DNA of 64,000 nucleotides from contig CM120643.1 in NCBI GenBank assembly GCA_051362555.1, positions 22,882,848 to 22,946,847 of the forward strand, given 5' to 3'. The first letter of the stretch is position 1, and every line of letters begins with the position of its first letter. The notes under the pieces were generated by a model. That model worked only from the letters and a program-made list of their open reading frames with translations. It searched no databases and had not been told where the DNA came from. The stretch is from Lingula anatina. Taxonomy: Eukaryota; Animalia; Brachiopoda. The position numbers and the translations under genes are program-made. Of this stretch, positions 28,601 to 41,100 are shown in pieces.

Positions 28601-28991
28601 GCGTTATTCTAATATCTGCAGTCGAAAGTGGTTATATATATTCTATTAAAAGTTGGTCCAATTTTAAGTTAAATGTAAAGCATATTGTCTTGTCTACCAG
28701 TCGCTTGACATGTATCCCTTTATATAGTTAAGTTATTTATAATTTGTTCTGAACTAGTATGCGCCAGCCGTCGCAGAGACTTCAAATGATTTTTAAACCG
28801 AGAATAACTCATATCCTGAAACTATATAGATACATGCTTGTTAGACGAATAATCAATAAAACCTTCTCAGCAAGTAATGCTGTCTACTGGTTATACATAT
28901 GTAGGTCTTAAATCACAGACTGGCATTCGTTAAAGAAAAAATACAGGAATTGGAGGTGGGGCAATCTTTTTAACCAAAAGTGTGTGTGTGC

Positions 28992-29035
<44 letters not shown>

Positions 29036-29717
29036 TATATATTATCCACCAAGGCAATTCCTCACCGGACGATCCCACCCCCGTCTCAAGAAAGAAAATA
29101 CACTGCATAGGAATTATTTGAGGCATTTATATATTACTTAAACAATTTACAATTTATGAATATTTTTGTGAAATTTTAGGGACATAAAAATCTCCACTCT
29201 CGTTATTTTCATTGTAGAACCCGCAGGTTCATGAAGATCAAATACTTGAGCTGCCGTTGAGTGTATACGAAGATCAAGAGGCAAAGTTGAACCAGTAAGT
29301 TATTCCATTATTATCCCCCTTTAAAAAATAGTGCCATTGCCAAAGTAAACATGTATTTTATGTTCAAGGACCAGTTGCCGGATACAGTTGATTGAAATTA
29401 GAGATAGCGTTAATATAAATTGGGTGTAAAACCAGTTATCATTAGTGAACTTTCATATTTAAGATAAACAGGGGTTATTCTAAGTCTAAACATTACTAGT
29501 AATCATAATAACACTGGTCACTTCAAGTTGACGAGTGTTTCTTGGTAAAGAAGACAACATCAGGGCAATAGCATTTGCATATTAGTGAAAATATGAACAC
29601 TTATAATTCCAGAAAAACTTCCCTAGAAGACGCTATACATAGTTTTTTTGTGAAAAAAACCCTCCAAGGCCAACACTGCAGGTGCGTAATTAGTGATATT
29701 ATCACGTTTGCATTTGA

Positions 29718-29759
<42 letters not shown>

Positions 29760-32096
29760 AGTATGACCATGTATGTATACCAATTACAGGCAGCTTATGG
29801 TTCTAAATCGGTCATGACAATGACAGCTAATACTTCTAAATTATCAAAGTACAATTTACAAATTAAATTTCACTGTGTTTCGTTTCTTTAACGTTTTGTC
29901 AAATACATTTCTTTTCAGATGCGGTTTTGAAACCGTGAAAACCGAGATTATTCACCTTCCAGAGGTAAGGATAAGATCTTGTACGTTTGGTTTGATATAG
30001 ATATAAACTATTTGATACTTAATTAGTTATTTTGGTCTCACATTTTTTTACATAGATCTTTTTACTGGGAAGTAGGATACTTGGTAATTAGCCTTGTGTT
30101 TGGGAAAAGCGGCGGGTTCCTGAAACACCTCTTTGGAGTTTGTCATATACGGTAGTAGTATCACGGCAGGTAATATTAATCATTCAGTCAGCAAAGCCTC
30201 TTGAATTTGATTGAAATGCAAACTTATATTTCCACATTATCTTCACATTTCACATCATAGATCAATACAGATCTATGCGTCTATGTTTTACCCTTCTTAA
30301 TGTTTCACTGTCGGTAGTCTCGCCTTGACGGTGACAATGTACTTTGGATGGATGTCAAAAAAAAAAAAAAGAAAAAAAAAAAAAAGAAAAATCAGGATAG
30401 GAAAGAGTGTCTCGTCTCGTCTGGCCCAAAGAGCTGTTGCTGCATGCTGTTTTCATAAATTGTAAAAAGGTGAAAGATACAAGCAAATAATAAATAAATA
30501 AAAGGTAAATTTCAAATTGGTAGATTCGGTACCCCTTGAGGCCTCATGGTATGCCTTACCGTGAGTCGGTGCTATGAAGAAATATTAAGGATGTGTTGAA
30601 TCTACATGTAACACTGGACTAACAATTTTTATTAAATTGACGGCATTGCATCTTCCTCTGTGAGACTCGAACCGGTGTGACCGGAATAAGGGGCCATTAC
30701 AAATAATGCCAGTACAAATAGTTCCACAGACTAACTGTGCGTATATTAAAAGTTTGAATGAAATCCGTGCATTTACAGGTAGCCACTGAAGTTCTATATA
30801 AATATTTTAATATAAAACAGCTATCAGAAAATTCCCACCGCAAAATGAAATAACCCTCTGATGAATACAAATTTTAACTCAAGTGTATAATAAGTACTGT
30901 GTAACTTTGATTCAAACGTTTCACCATGGATCCATCGACCATAAGAAGATACGATGGCGCTTATGCAACAGGGACGCGTCAACCAATAAAGCCTCTCTTA
31001 CAACCCGTCGTGCGTACTTAGAGATCGTGCGTCCTCGGAGTTCTCGTCAGACGTAGCGTTGTCGCAGGATGAAAATTAAATCGCAGCGGACGAAGTAGTA
31101 AGTACTTTATGAGTAGGTGTGTCGTGCTCTAAACGTGGGGCCCGCAAGTGGTCTGTACGCCTTTTTTTGGAAGTAGGAAGAAGTAAGGAGCACGTACGAT
31201 CTGTACTCGTGTCGCACACAGTGAGTGAGATAATCATACGTGTATTGCAAGTGAAGCGTACGTTTTCAGAAACCGTACTTACGAAGTAAGAGAAACGTAA
31301 GAGAAACGTAATAAGCACGGAAGTGGAACGCACGGATAATCAAAATAATATAAAAGGGAGCACCGAGTCTCTTCATCATTCACTGCTTTGGCTTCCAAAA
31401 AGGCACTACCAAGAAGGATGCGCCATCGACTTCTACAGCTGCTAATGCTAGAGGAGGCCGAAGATCGTGACGCAATGCTGGCAATGGTTGCTCGGGATCG
31501 CCTGTACCTTTATCCTGCTGGGCACGTGCGTCGTCTTAGTGTGACGCACTTCACAGGTATGGTAGTAGTACTCGCCACGCACTTTGGAAGTAAGATAAAC
31601 GCACGGAGGAAGTGCGCTCACCCCCCTTTTTGTTAACACGTACATTGAAAGCAAGTTAAACTGGGGCCGTAGCGATAGTCCGAAGGTTCAATAGTCCGAA
31701 GGTTCATTGGTCCGAAGGTTCAATGGTCCGAATGTGCATTGAAGGTTCATTGGTCCGAAGGTTCGATAGTCCGAAGGTGCATTGGTCCGAAGGTTCATTA
31801 GTCCGAAGGTTCGATAGTCCGAATGTAGGCCCGCTGTATAAGTGTATAGTGAATTACATGTACAGGGGCGGATCCAAGATTATTTGAAGGGGGTCCGCGG
31901 ATGCAAAGCCCCCACCCCCCTTGGCGTAAAGGGCCCCGAAAATTGTTGGTGTCTCATAATGACCACCTATTTATCTAGAGACAGATCTGTGAATATCTGT
32001 AAAAAATCTATCAGTCGCCCTGGTAGAGGGTTTAAAAGTTAGGTCTGCACGGGCAAAAATAACGTCAATACTAGCATATTACATTAGTTAGGCTAC

Positions 32097-32143
<47 letters not shown>

Positions 32144-35100
32144 AGATCTTGATGTTTTTCATGGGATTGGAAGTTGACGATATTTAACTGCAAAGGTTTA
32201 TTTTGTAAAATCAAATGGAAATTTTCTCACGAGTCACGAGTGTATCTACTTTTTGCATAGTACGTTTTTCTTCGTTTAAATGAATTTGTTACAAAGACAG
32301 CATTTTTGATGTTGTTCATCAGATTAGAAGTTTAACTGTTTTAGAATATTTCAACATGTTCAAACTGCCTTCTCACTTGTATTTTACGTTTCATAAATAA
32401 ATAAATGAATAAATAGGCCCACCGGGTTGATATGGCGTTGCCACATTTCTTTTTCAGATTATAAACGTTTCAGCACCTTCAGTATTGCTGGGGAAGTAAA
32501 TCTATTGAGACGTGTATATCGGGACGAATATTTTATTAGGACGTTTATCTATATGGCGGACCCCAAAATCGCACGTCTCACTTGCGAGATCTACGAGATG
32601 CCAGTATGAAATGCCACGTACGGCCTAGACACTTACGATTTTAGATATTTTTCAAAAGCTTAGACAAAATCATAGAGGATACAGAGGATGTAAATCCTCC
32701 CATTTTTGCATGATATTGCACAGCCATTGCCTTCCTCTGCAAGGAATTTTCCTAAAAAGGGATATACGCGTAGTACATGGGCACGTTCAGGCTTCGCAAG
32801 GAGAAGGGGGTTTAGAGGGGGTTCTGACTCCGCCCCCTTCGGTTTCTGAAAAGAAACCACACTGATATGTCCCTCTTGACCGTACCAAATGGCACCGTTC
32901 GCTCTCTTAAATACCCAAAATGTCGAATCCCATTTAAACGGGGGGAGGGGGGGGGTCAGCTTTGCATCCGCGGACACCCCCTCCCTCTTTAAATGTTCAG
33001 GATCCGCCATTGGGAAGACAAATGCACCCGAGGCTTTTAATTTAAGAGAAAGCATTATGAACATGATATAATGTTACGGCTAATAACCGCAATCGGTCTC
33101 TAGAAAAACGGGACTCTCCCGCAATCCAAAAAATTTCGTAATTGAAACACCCGGTTTTTTCTTTTGAAAATAATCAGTTTGCGCTTAAAGGTAGCCTTGA
33201 TGGAGCGTAAAACCACTTTTATCAGTTTCTTATACAATTCAAAAATAATAGCACAGGCCATTCGATTAAATGTCATTATAGGCGTCCTCTCATTTTATGC
33301 GTTCCAATCTTTATTCAATATTTCATGTGAAACATGTATGGTGTTCATGAGTTGGAAAGGGTAGCCATTGCATATCCCCAAACTTCCCCACATTGTAAAG
33401 AGTAGTTTACGGAAACAATACGACCTAGGCCTATATGGATAATTTTCACGTGCGTTTCGGTCGCACTCAAAACGAAATGATAAAGATTCTAGAAGCTGAG
33501 TTCACACGAAAGTTAATCACCCCCTAGCAGCTCCAGGATTGCTAATCTGATTGCATACAGTGAGAATCCTGGTGGAGTTGGATCAATCTACGTAGAATGA
33601 TAGTTTCGTTGGGAACGCACCCTTAGATTCCGTTTGTAATTATAATTCTTAAAATCGAAGAACATCTTAAAATGTTTCGGACTATCGAACCTTCGGACTA
33701 ATGAACCTTCGGACTATCGAACCTTCGGACTAATGAACCTTCGGACCAATGGACCTTTAATTTTCGGACTAATGAACCTTCGGACCAATGAACCTTTTTG
33801 TTGAAAATCTGATGAAAAATTTACGAATTTTCGGACCAATGAACCTTCGGACCAATGAACCTTCGGACTATCGAGACGCCCCCAGTTAAACTTACGAGTC
33901 TCTTGCGTGGTAAGTAGGCCTACGTCTTCTTGGTAAAATACCCCGTAATTTCTGCATGCTTTACCTGCGTTACACGCACGCCTAGCGCACTTACTCAGTA
34001 CTTTTGTCTTGCGTGCTACGAGCGTGCTCCAGGCGTTCTAATTGTCGCAGACAGGTCGTAGCGAAAAACTGGCCGGCCAGTTTTCGGGCTGCGTGCTTTG
34101 CGTCGTGTTTGCGTCCACCAAAAATAGTACGCTCCACGTGCGTGTATCTTACTACTTGGCCAATTTTTTTGCACGCAAACCGCTCGTAGAAGCACGCACG
34201 ACCGGTTGTAAGAGTAGCTTAAGTAACACGAAGAAGCACTTCCAAGCACTATAAGGTAGGCAGGTGTGTGCATTTGGTCATCGTTTTCATAAAACAGTTG
34301 ATATTGCTTATCGGGAATGTGCTAAAATATGTAACCATTGTGCATTATTACATATCTCCTGATTTACAACTTGGCTTAATTTGCCTTCGGAATTCACTAA
34401 GTAGACAAAGCGGAATGAATGATTGCTAGCAAAATCGTTGTGCGCTTAAACTCAAGGATTACCCTAGCTTCTAAATTCCGGTATTGCCAGCTCGATCTTG
34501 ATTTCATATATAACCCATATAACACTGTGAAGCTATCGCGTGAAAACGTTTTAATAGTTAACAATCTAGCTTCACAGTTGTCCTGACACTCAGGGTAGGC
34601 AGGATGCGTGTTTTCCTACAACACCTCCTAGCAAGCAAGCGCTATAAGCACACCCCATACAAATTGACGTTTAAATATTTGCCACGGAAGTTAATGATAT
34701 AGTTAATGACACCATTAAAAAGAAACAACACGTATATTGTTTATTCTTTTCCTCTCTCTCTCTCTCTCATATGTATATCTACATGTTTAGGGTTTTATTA
34801 ACCATAGGAAAGCATACAAAGCAATCCTCGAAAGGAGGTTCAAGTAACTGATGAAGATGTAGCACAGTGAGTACACGAGATGGTGAATGAGCTGCACAAT
34901 TTAATAATAATAATAATTTATTGAGCACTGAAATGTTTTTACATTTAGAGGCTCTCTAACTACTATACATTATACATACGAAAAGATAGTAATGATAGTA
35001 AGTAAATGAAAGAGAGAAAAAAAAAAATTATACTTATATAATGTTACACAATATACATTCTCTTAATATGCAGGTGAGATGCATGAAATCATTTGTGCAC

Positions 35101-38100
35101 TTCCAGTTAATTACGTTTTTTCATAATTTTACTTACAAAATTCCCTACTGCAATCGCACTCTGCTCAGTGGGTGGGTTTAGAATGATGTCAAGCTGTTTG
35201 ACCTCGTCTGTTAGACCTTGCAAGTTTACCTCTGGTATACATTCAAACAGCAATTTCCTTTCAATTTTGTGTTGGGCGCATTTTAGGAAAAAATGTATTT
35301 CATCTTCTACCTCATTACAATGAGGGCATTTTCGTTCTGAAAGTTGTGTTTTTGGGATTGTATGCCGCCCTTTTTCAATTTCTAGGTCATGGTCACTAAT
35401 TCTCATTTTTGCCAAAAGTATTTTGTGGGTGCGTGAAATATTCATTTTCAAGTATGGTTCGGGTTCATATTGATGTTTAATTTTCCTGTATGTCCTCAGC
35501 TTATTATTTTCCTCTCTGTGTAACTCTTCCCAAAAATCTGATTTTATTTTGATGGTTATGTCACTTTCTAGATTTTGGTTATTGTGAATTTTATTGACAG
35601 TTAGTGTTGAATTTGAGTGAGTTAATCCCCAACATGTAGCCAAGTTTGACATTGCCCAAAACCAGTTTTTTTCCCTTTTTGCTTGTTCTCTATTGTATGC
35701 TTGCTTAACAATTCTTTGCTCTGGAAGGTTATTCAGCCTTTCACTGTATCTTAATACTAATTTAACAATGTCCAAGTATAATGGGAGGCGCCCAAGTTCT
35801 GCACGGCAGGCATTATTGCTAGCTGACCTTCTCACACCAAGTGCCCATTTACACATCTTTAAATGTATTTGTTCAAAGGGCATTTTGTTTATTTTATTTA
35901 ATGATATTTTTTTCTCTGTGAAGATTTCTTGGGCCCAGATTTCACATCCATATAAGAGAATGGGTTTAATCATCTTGTCGAAAAGGTTCATGATAAGTAT
36001 GGGTGATGAAATTTCTTGCGATGCTAGTATTCCCTTTAGAGTAAACATGGCTTTCAGGGCTTTTTGCTTGAGATTTTCAATTGATTGTTTTAATGATCCT
36101 GTGTTAGTAAAGACTATCCCGAGGTATGAGTATTGTTTGACTATTTCTATTGGTCTGCTATTTATAAAGAAGGTGTGTGGTTCAATTCTACCAGACTTGT
36201 TGAACACTATTATTTTTGATTTGTTTTCATTAACTTTTAGTTTCCACTGCTTACAGTAATTTTCAAGGTTGTTAAGAAGAGTTTGAAGTCCTTCTTTCGA
36301 CTGTGATAGCAAGACTAGGTCATCTGCATATAAAATGTGTTTTAACCCTTCAACTTCCTTTGCACTATTGTCTGTGTAGAGTTCACTTTTTAAATCATCA
36401 ATGAAGATGTTGAATAGGACTGGGCTAAGGTTATCTCCTTGTCTTATACCTATTTTAGATATGAATGTTTGGGTGTAGCCACAATTAACTGACACGCCTA
36501 GTCTTGTGTTGCTGTACATATACTTTATCAACTTGTAAATTTTGCCTCTGACACCTATTTTCAGTAATTTCAGCATAAGACCCTTATGCCAGACTGTATC
36601 AAAAGCTTTTCGCAGGTCGACGAAACAGGCAAATACACGTTTGTTCTGATTCATATGTTTGTTTATAATTGACTTTAAGGTGAATATATGGTCAGTCGTG
36701 CGATAACCAGGTCTAAACCCTGCTTGTTCCTCACTTAATTTCTCATTGGACTCTAAAAATAGTGTGAGTCTGTTAGTCAATATGCAGTTAAAAAGCTTTC
36801 CAAGACAGCTGGTGATGCAAAGACCTCTGTAATTTGATGGGTCAGTTCGTTCTCCAGATTTATATAGCGGCAGTATTATACCCAGATTCCACACATCAGG
36901 AGTTTCAGATGTGTTCATTGCTAAATTGAATATTTTTGTTATTAGTCCCACTAAGTATATTGAACCACTTTTCAACATTTCATTTCTGATAGAGTCCTCA
37001 CCAGCCGCTTTTCCATTTTTCAATTTTTTTATAGCTGTTTTTACCTCTCTAATGCTTATGGGGTTATTAAGGACAGGGTCTCCTTCTTTTTTCTCATATT
37101 CACTTATTTCCTTATCTATTCTGTGATCATCAGTAGGGGGGGTTCCACAAAGTTGTTGGAAGTGTACTTGCCAAGTCTCAGGACTTATTATGTTGTTATT
37201 TTCTTCTCTATCCTTTAGTTTTTTAAGTGTCTGCCAGAATTCTTTAGGATTGCTTTTTTCAGATACTAGTAGTCTGTCTAGGATGGCATTTTTGTACTCA
37301 TTCTTTCTTTGCTTTACTAGTTGTTTATATTTCTTTGTAGCTAGGTGGTAGGTTTGCGAGATGTAGTTATTGTGTGGATTTTTTTGTAGTAGTTTACCAA
37401 GGTGTTTTATATTTCTTCTGACTTCAGAACACATGCTGTCAAACCATGGTTGTTTTTTTATTCTTTTTGTTTGTTTATTTGATCTCATGCTTATGTTATT
37501 GACTTTTTTACGCAAAGACAAGTTTGCAGCATTTTCAATTATATTTGTTAATTCACCACAGGCACTTTTTAATCCTTCTTTAGACGAGGGGAAGTATTTG
37601 TTTTGTGCTAGACTGATTTGTTTTAAGCTGTCCTCACTTTCAAGAGCTTTTAAGAATTTCTCAGTTGAATCTGTTTCCCAGATGTAACGGTCTTTGAAAT
37701 TTTGTAATGATTGAGTTGGAGATGATTCTTTGATACCGGTGGTGTGAATTGCAAGGTCTAACAGACAGTGATCTGATAAATAATCAATAGGTAATACTGT
37801 GAGATACATAATTTTGCTCATCAGTCCATCGTTTGTGATTGCATAATCAACTGTACTGCACCCATGTATATTATAACAAGTTGGATATCCGAGAGAGTTG
37901 CCTTTAGTTCTACCATTGAGTATCCTTAAGTTACTACTTCTACATAATTCAAGTAAGGCCTTTCCTTGCGAGTTGACTATTGTATCAACATTATTTCTCT
38001 TTTGTGAAAATCTGTTTGTAGGATAACTATCAGTCATTTGAATTCCAAACATGGTATCATCTTTGATGAAATCAGGTAGTGTCCCCGTTCTTGCATTGAA

Positions 38101-41100
38101 ATCTCCAATTAAGCAAATTGACCCATATGATTGGTAAGTTGCAATTTCATCTTCAAGTATTTCTAGGGTTTCTTCATCTGAGGGGCAATTGCCCGGTTTA
38201 ATATAAACTGCACATAGGAATAAATCATCCTCTAAACCAAAGTGTTCACCTGCTAGTTTAATCCATAACAGATTTTCACTCTTGCTTCTAAGCACTTTGA
38301 TTCCCTCTATGAATTCTTTTCTGTAATATACTACTATACCCCCAGAGGGTCTGCCTTTAACTCTCTTTTTCTTTCTGAGTTGTTCAGTGTGGCCGTGGGT
38401 GCCACCAGGTAAAGCTATTTTAGATCTTATAGTGCTGAAAGTTTCTACGCAAACAAATATGTCAAAGCTTTGAACTGTTGAAATGAAATTATCATCACTT
38501 AATTTTTTAGCAAGTCCCCTAACATTCCGCATGCCTATACGTAACATTTTGTAATTGGTATATTGACTCAAGAAAAGTAAATTTAATGCCTAACCATAAT
38601 GCTATACTTATACATATAAACTATAACCTTTAACTTCTAACAATGCAATATTTAACTATTAAGCCGTTACATTTCCAAACAAAGTATAATATTCTTAATA
38701 GTTTTTCTTGATTATGTTCCTTGAGACATGTCTGTGCTTCTACACACTCATTAATATATCTCTGTCCGATATGTATTTCCAATTTCACTAAACTACTTTT
38801 ATACTTCATAATTTACAATGCTTTTTCCTTTAATGATCTGACATTTTCATCATTAAGGAACGGATTGTTACCATAAGAGGGAGCATAGGTACTTACATTT
38901 CAGCTTTTCTTTCTGTATTAGTGACACTTACTTGGTTGTTATTGGTTTAATCAGTTCCATATTACACTAGTGTTCATAAGTGTTTGACATTTAGCAGATT
39001 TTAGTTTCCAGTTTGCTTAAACACTCACGTAGTAGTTTCAATTCATTCTCGATAGAGTTACCCTTTTCCTTGGGGGAATTCCACTGATTAGGTGTTTGAT
39101 TCCATTTGCGGTGGTTCCTATGGTGCTGGCGATGCTGGTGACTGTAGGTAGCACTGGGGCTGTGGCCATGTCTAGGTGTGGTGCGGGGGTTTGGCTGTCC
39201 TGTTGCATCCTTTATATTTCTTGCCAGCGTACTGGTCCCATGCGGGGTGAGGTGAATGCCATCCCATGCAAATAGGTCTCTCCTATCAGTTATGTTGTCA
39301 TTGTCCATGTAGTGGACATTGGCATGTGAACGACAAAGATGTTGTACCTGACGGTTGATAAGTACCGCAGACCCATTAAAGCTGCGATTTCCCCATCGTG
39401 GCAAGATTTTGCTGATGATAATTTGAGTCTCTTGGTACTTCTGCTCAATGTTGTTTATGAGCGCCATTGTTTCGTCTACAACAGTTTGCGGATGTTGTCC
39501 CTCGCTAATGTTATTTGATCCAATAATAAGTGTGATTGACTTAGGTGTGCCAAAATCTTTTTCTCCGATTAATTCCGCTGCATCGTTGATTTTTTTGCCA
39601 CTCAGTACGAAGCATTTACTTTTAGAGTGTGGAAAGAGTCTGTTGGCAGATAATCCTTTCCCAATGGAGCTTGTTATGACTACATTTTCGTAACTTGCTG
39701 TGTTCAAGGTTACTCTCTCTTCTGTCAACTCATTCTCCTCAGGTAGCACAGGTGAGTTCTGGGATGATTCCACAAGTGTCGTTAATCCAGTTAATCCAGT
39801 TTCATGTTCAGTGTTTGCAACAGGTGGGCATGTATTTTCCCTTGTAATTTTCACTGATGGCTTTTCCCTTGAAGTAGGTTGTTTGGCATTTCTCCTTTCT
39901 TCAGATGTTGGGTTTGATTTGGGCTGAATGGTCTCCACAGCAATTGTTGATGGTGTCAGGATAGCGACCTGTGGGGGTGGTGTAGTGTCCAGGTTATTAT
40001 CTGGAGATAATTGCATAGCAAGTGGGGGGTTATCAGAGATGGTATCAGTCATGTTTCTACTGTCATTGTTCTCAAGTTCTGTGGGGGTCATATGAGGATG
40101 CTCCCATTGTGTTCCTATTTCACACGTATTCAGCTCTTCATATTGAGTTCCCACATGCATTGTTTGTTTTGTGGGTAGGAGCTTAGAGTGTATCTTGTTC
40201 ACTGTCTCTGTTAGTTTGAGAATTTGTGTTGAGAGTGTAGACAATGCTTCCATTTGCTCTGTTAATGATCCTTTAATTTGCTCCACTTCCTCTGTTATTG
40301 TGCTGTTAGTCTTAGCTTCCTGTCTTTTTGCATCTGCTGTCCTGAATATAATTTCAGAGTACTGGTTTTCCACTGCTTGTAGTGTTTCTTGAATTTTACT
40401 AATATCACGATCTGTTTTCTTCTCTTTCATATTAGGATTCCCCTTTATCTTGAAACCCTTTGGTGTTTGATGTGCACTTCTCTGTTTTACTTCAGTCTGG
40501 CTGTTTTCTATCTCCACCCTTTCCTCTATGTGGCCATTTTTGGCTGTTTGTTTGCTGGGTTCAAGGATACTGGGAGGCTGTAATTTCTTTGGTGATGAGA
40601 CGATCATCGCCATTTTGGGGTAGTCATTTGCCAACCAAAGCATATATGCATCCCCTTGAATATGTATTTTTTTGGACTTTGCAGTGTGGTACAGGGTTAA
40701 AGATACTGTCCCAAGTTTGGCTCCTGATGTGCTATTATAGGTGAATTTCAGTTGAGTTCCAGTGCCATTGTTAACCTCTACCTCTGTGTCGGGTTTGTGG
40801 TACTGCCTACAAACTTCTAGCCATCTTTTCACTAGACTTACAGAGCTGATTTTGATAGTGGCACAGCGACTGTTGTGGGTGGTAGATTCAATTATTGGAC
40901 CAAAGTACTCATCAGTGTAATCATAGTTTGTGACAATTCCATTCTCCCTATCATAGGTAATCCTGGATGTTTGGTTTACTAGAGTTGAGTAGGCTATGCT
41001 ATATGATTGTAAAAGTTTTTGATTTTCAGGTGTGTTGAGATCTTTCACTGTACTTGCCTTAGTAGAGAAAGCTTGTGTTATCACCTCCGGTGTAGCTTCA

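Noticed and set aside
31675-31825. Short regular repeats superficially like a CRISPR array (also 33675-33872)
   Set aside because: Units are contiguous with no unique spacers, mirror each other as subterminal repeats of a TSD-flanked transposon, and the DNA is eukaryotic with no cas genes.
35693-40744. Several plus-strand ORFs of 64-188 aa
   Set aside because: Antisense shadows of LINE ORF1 and ORF2.
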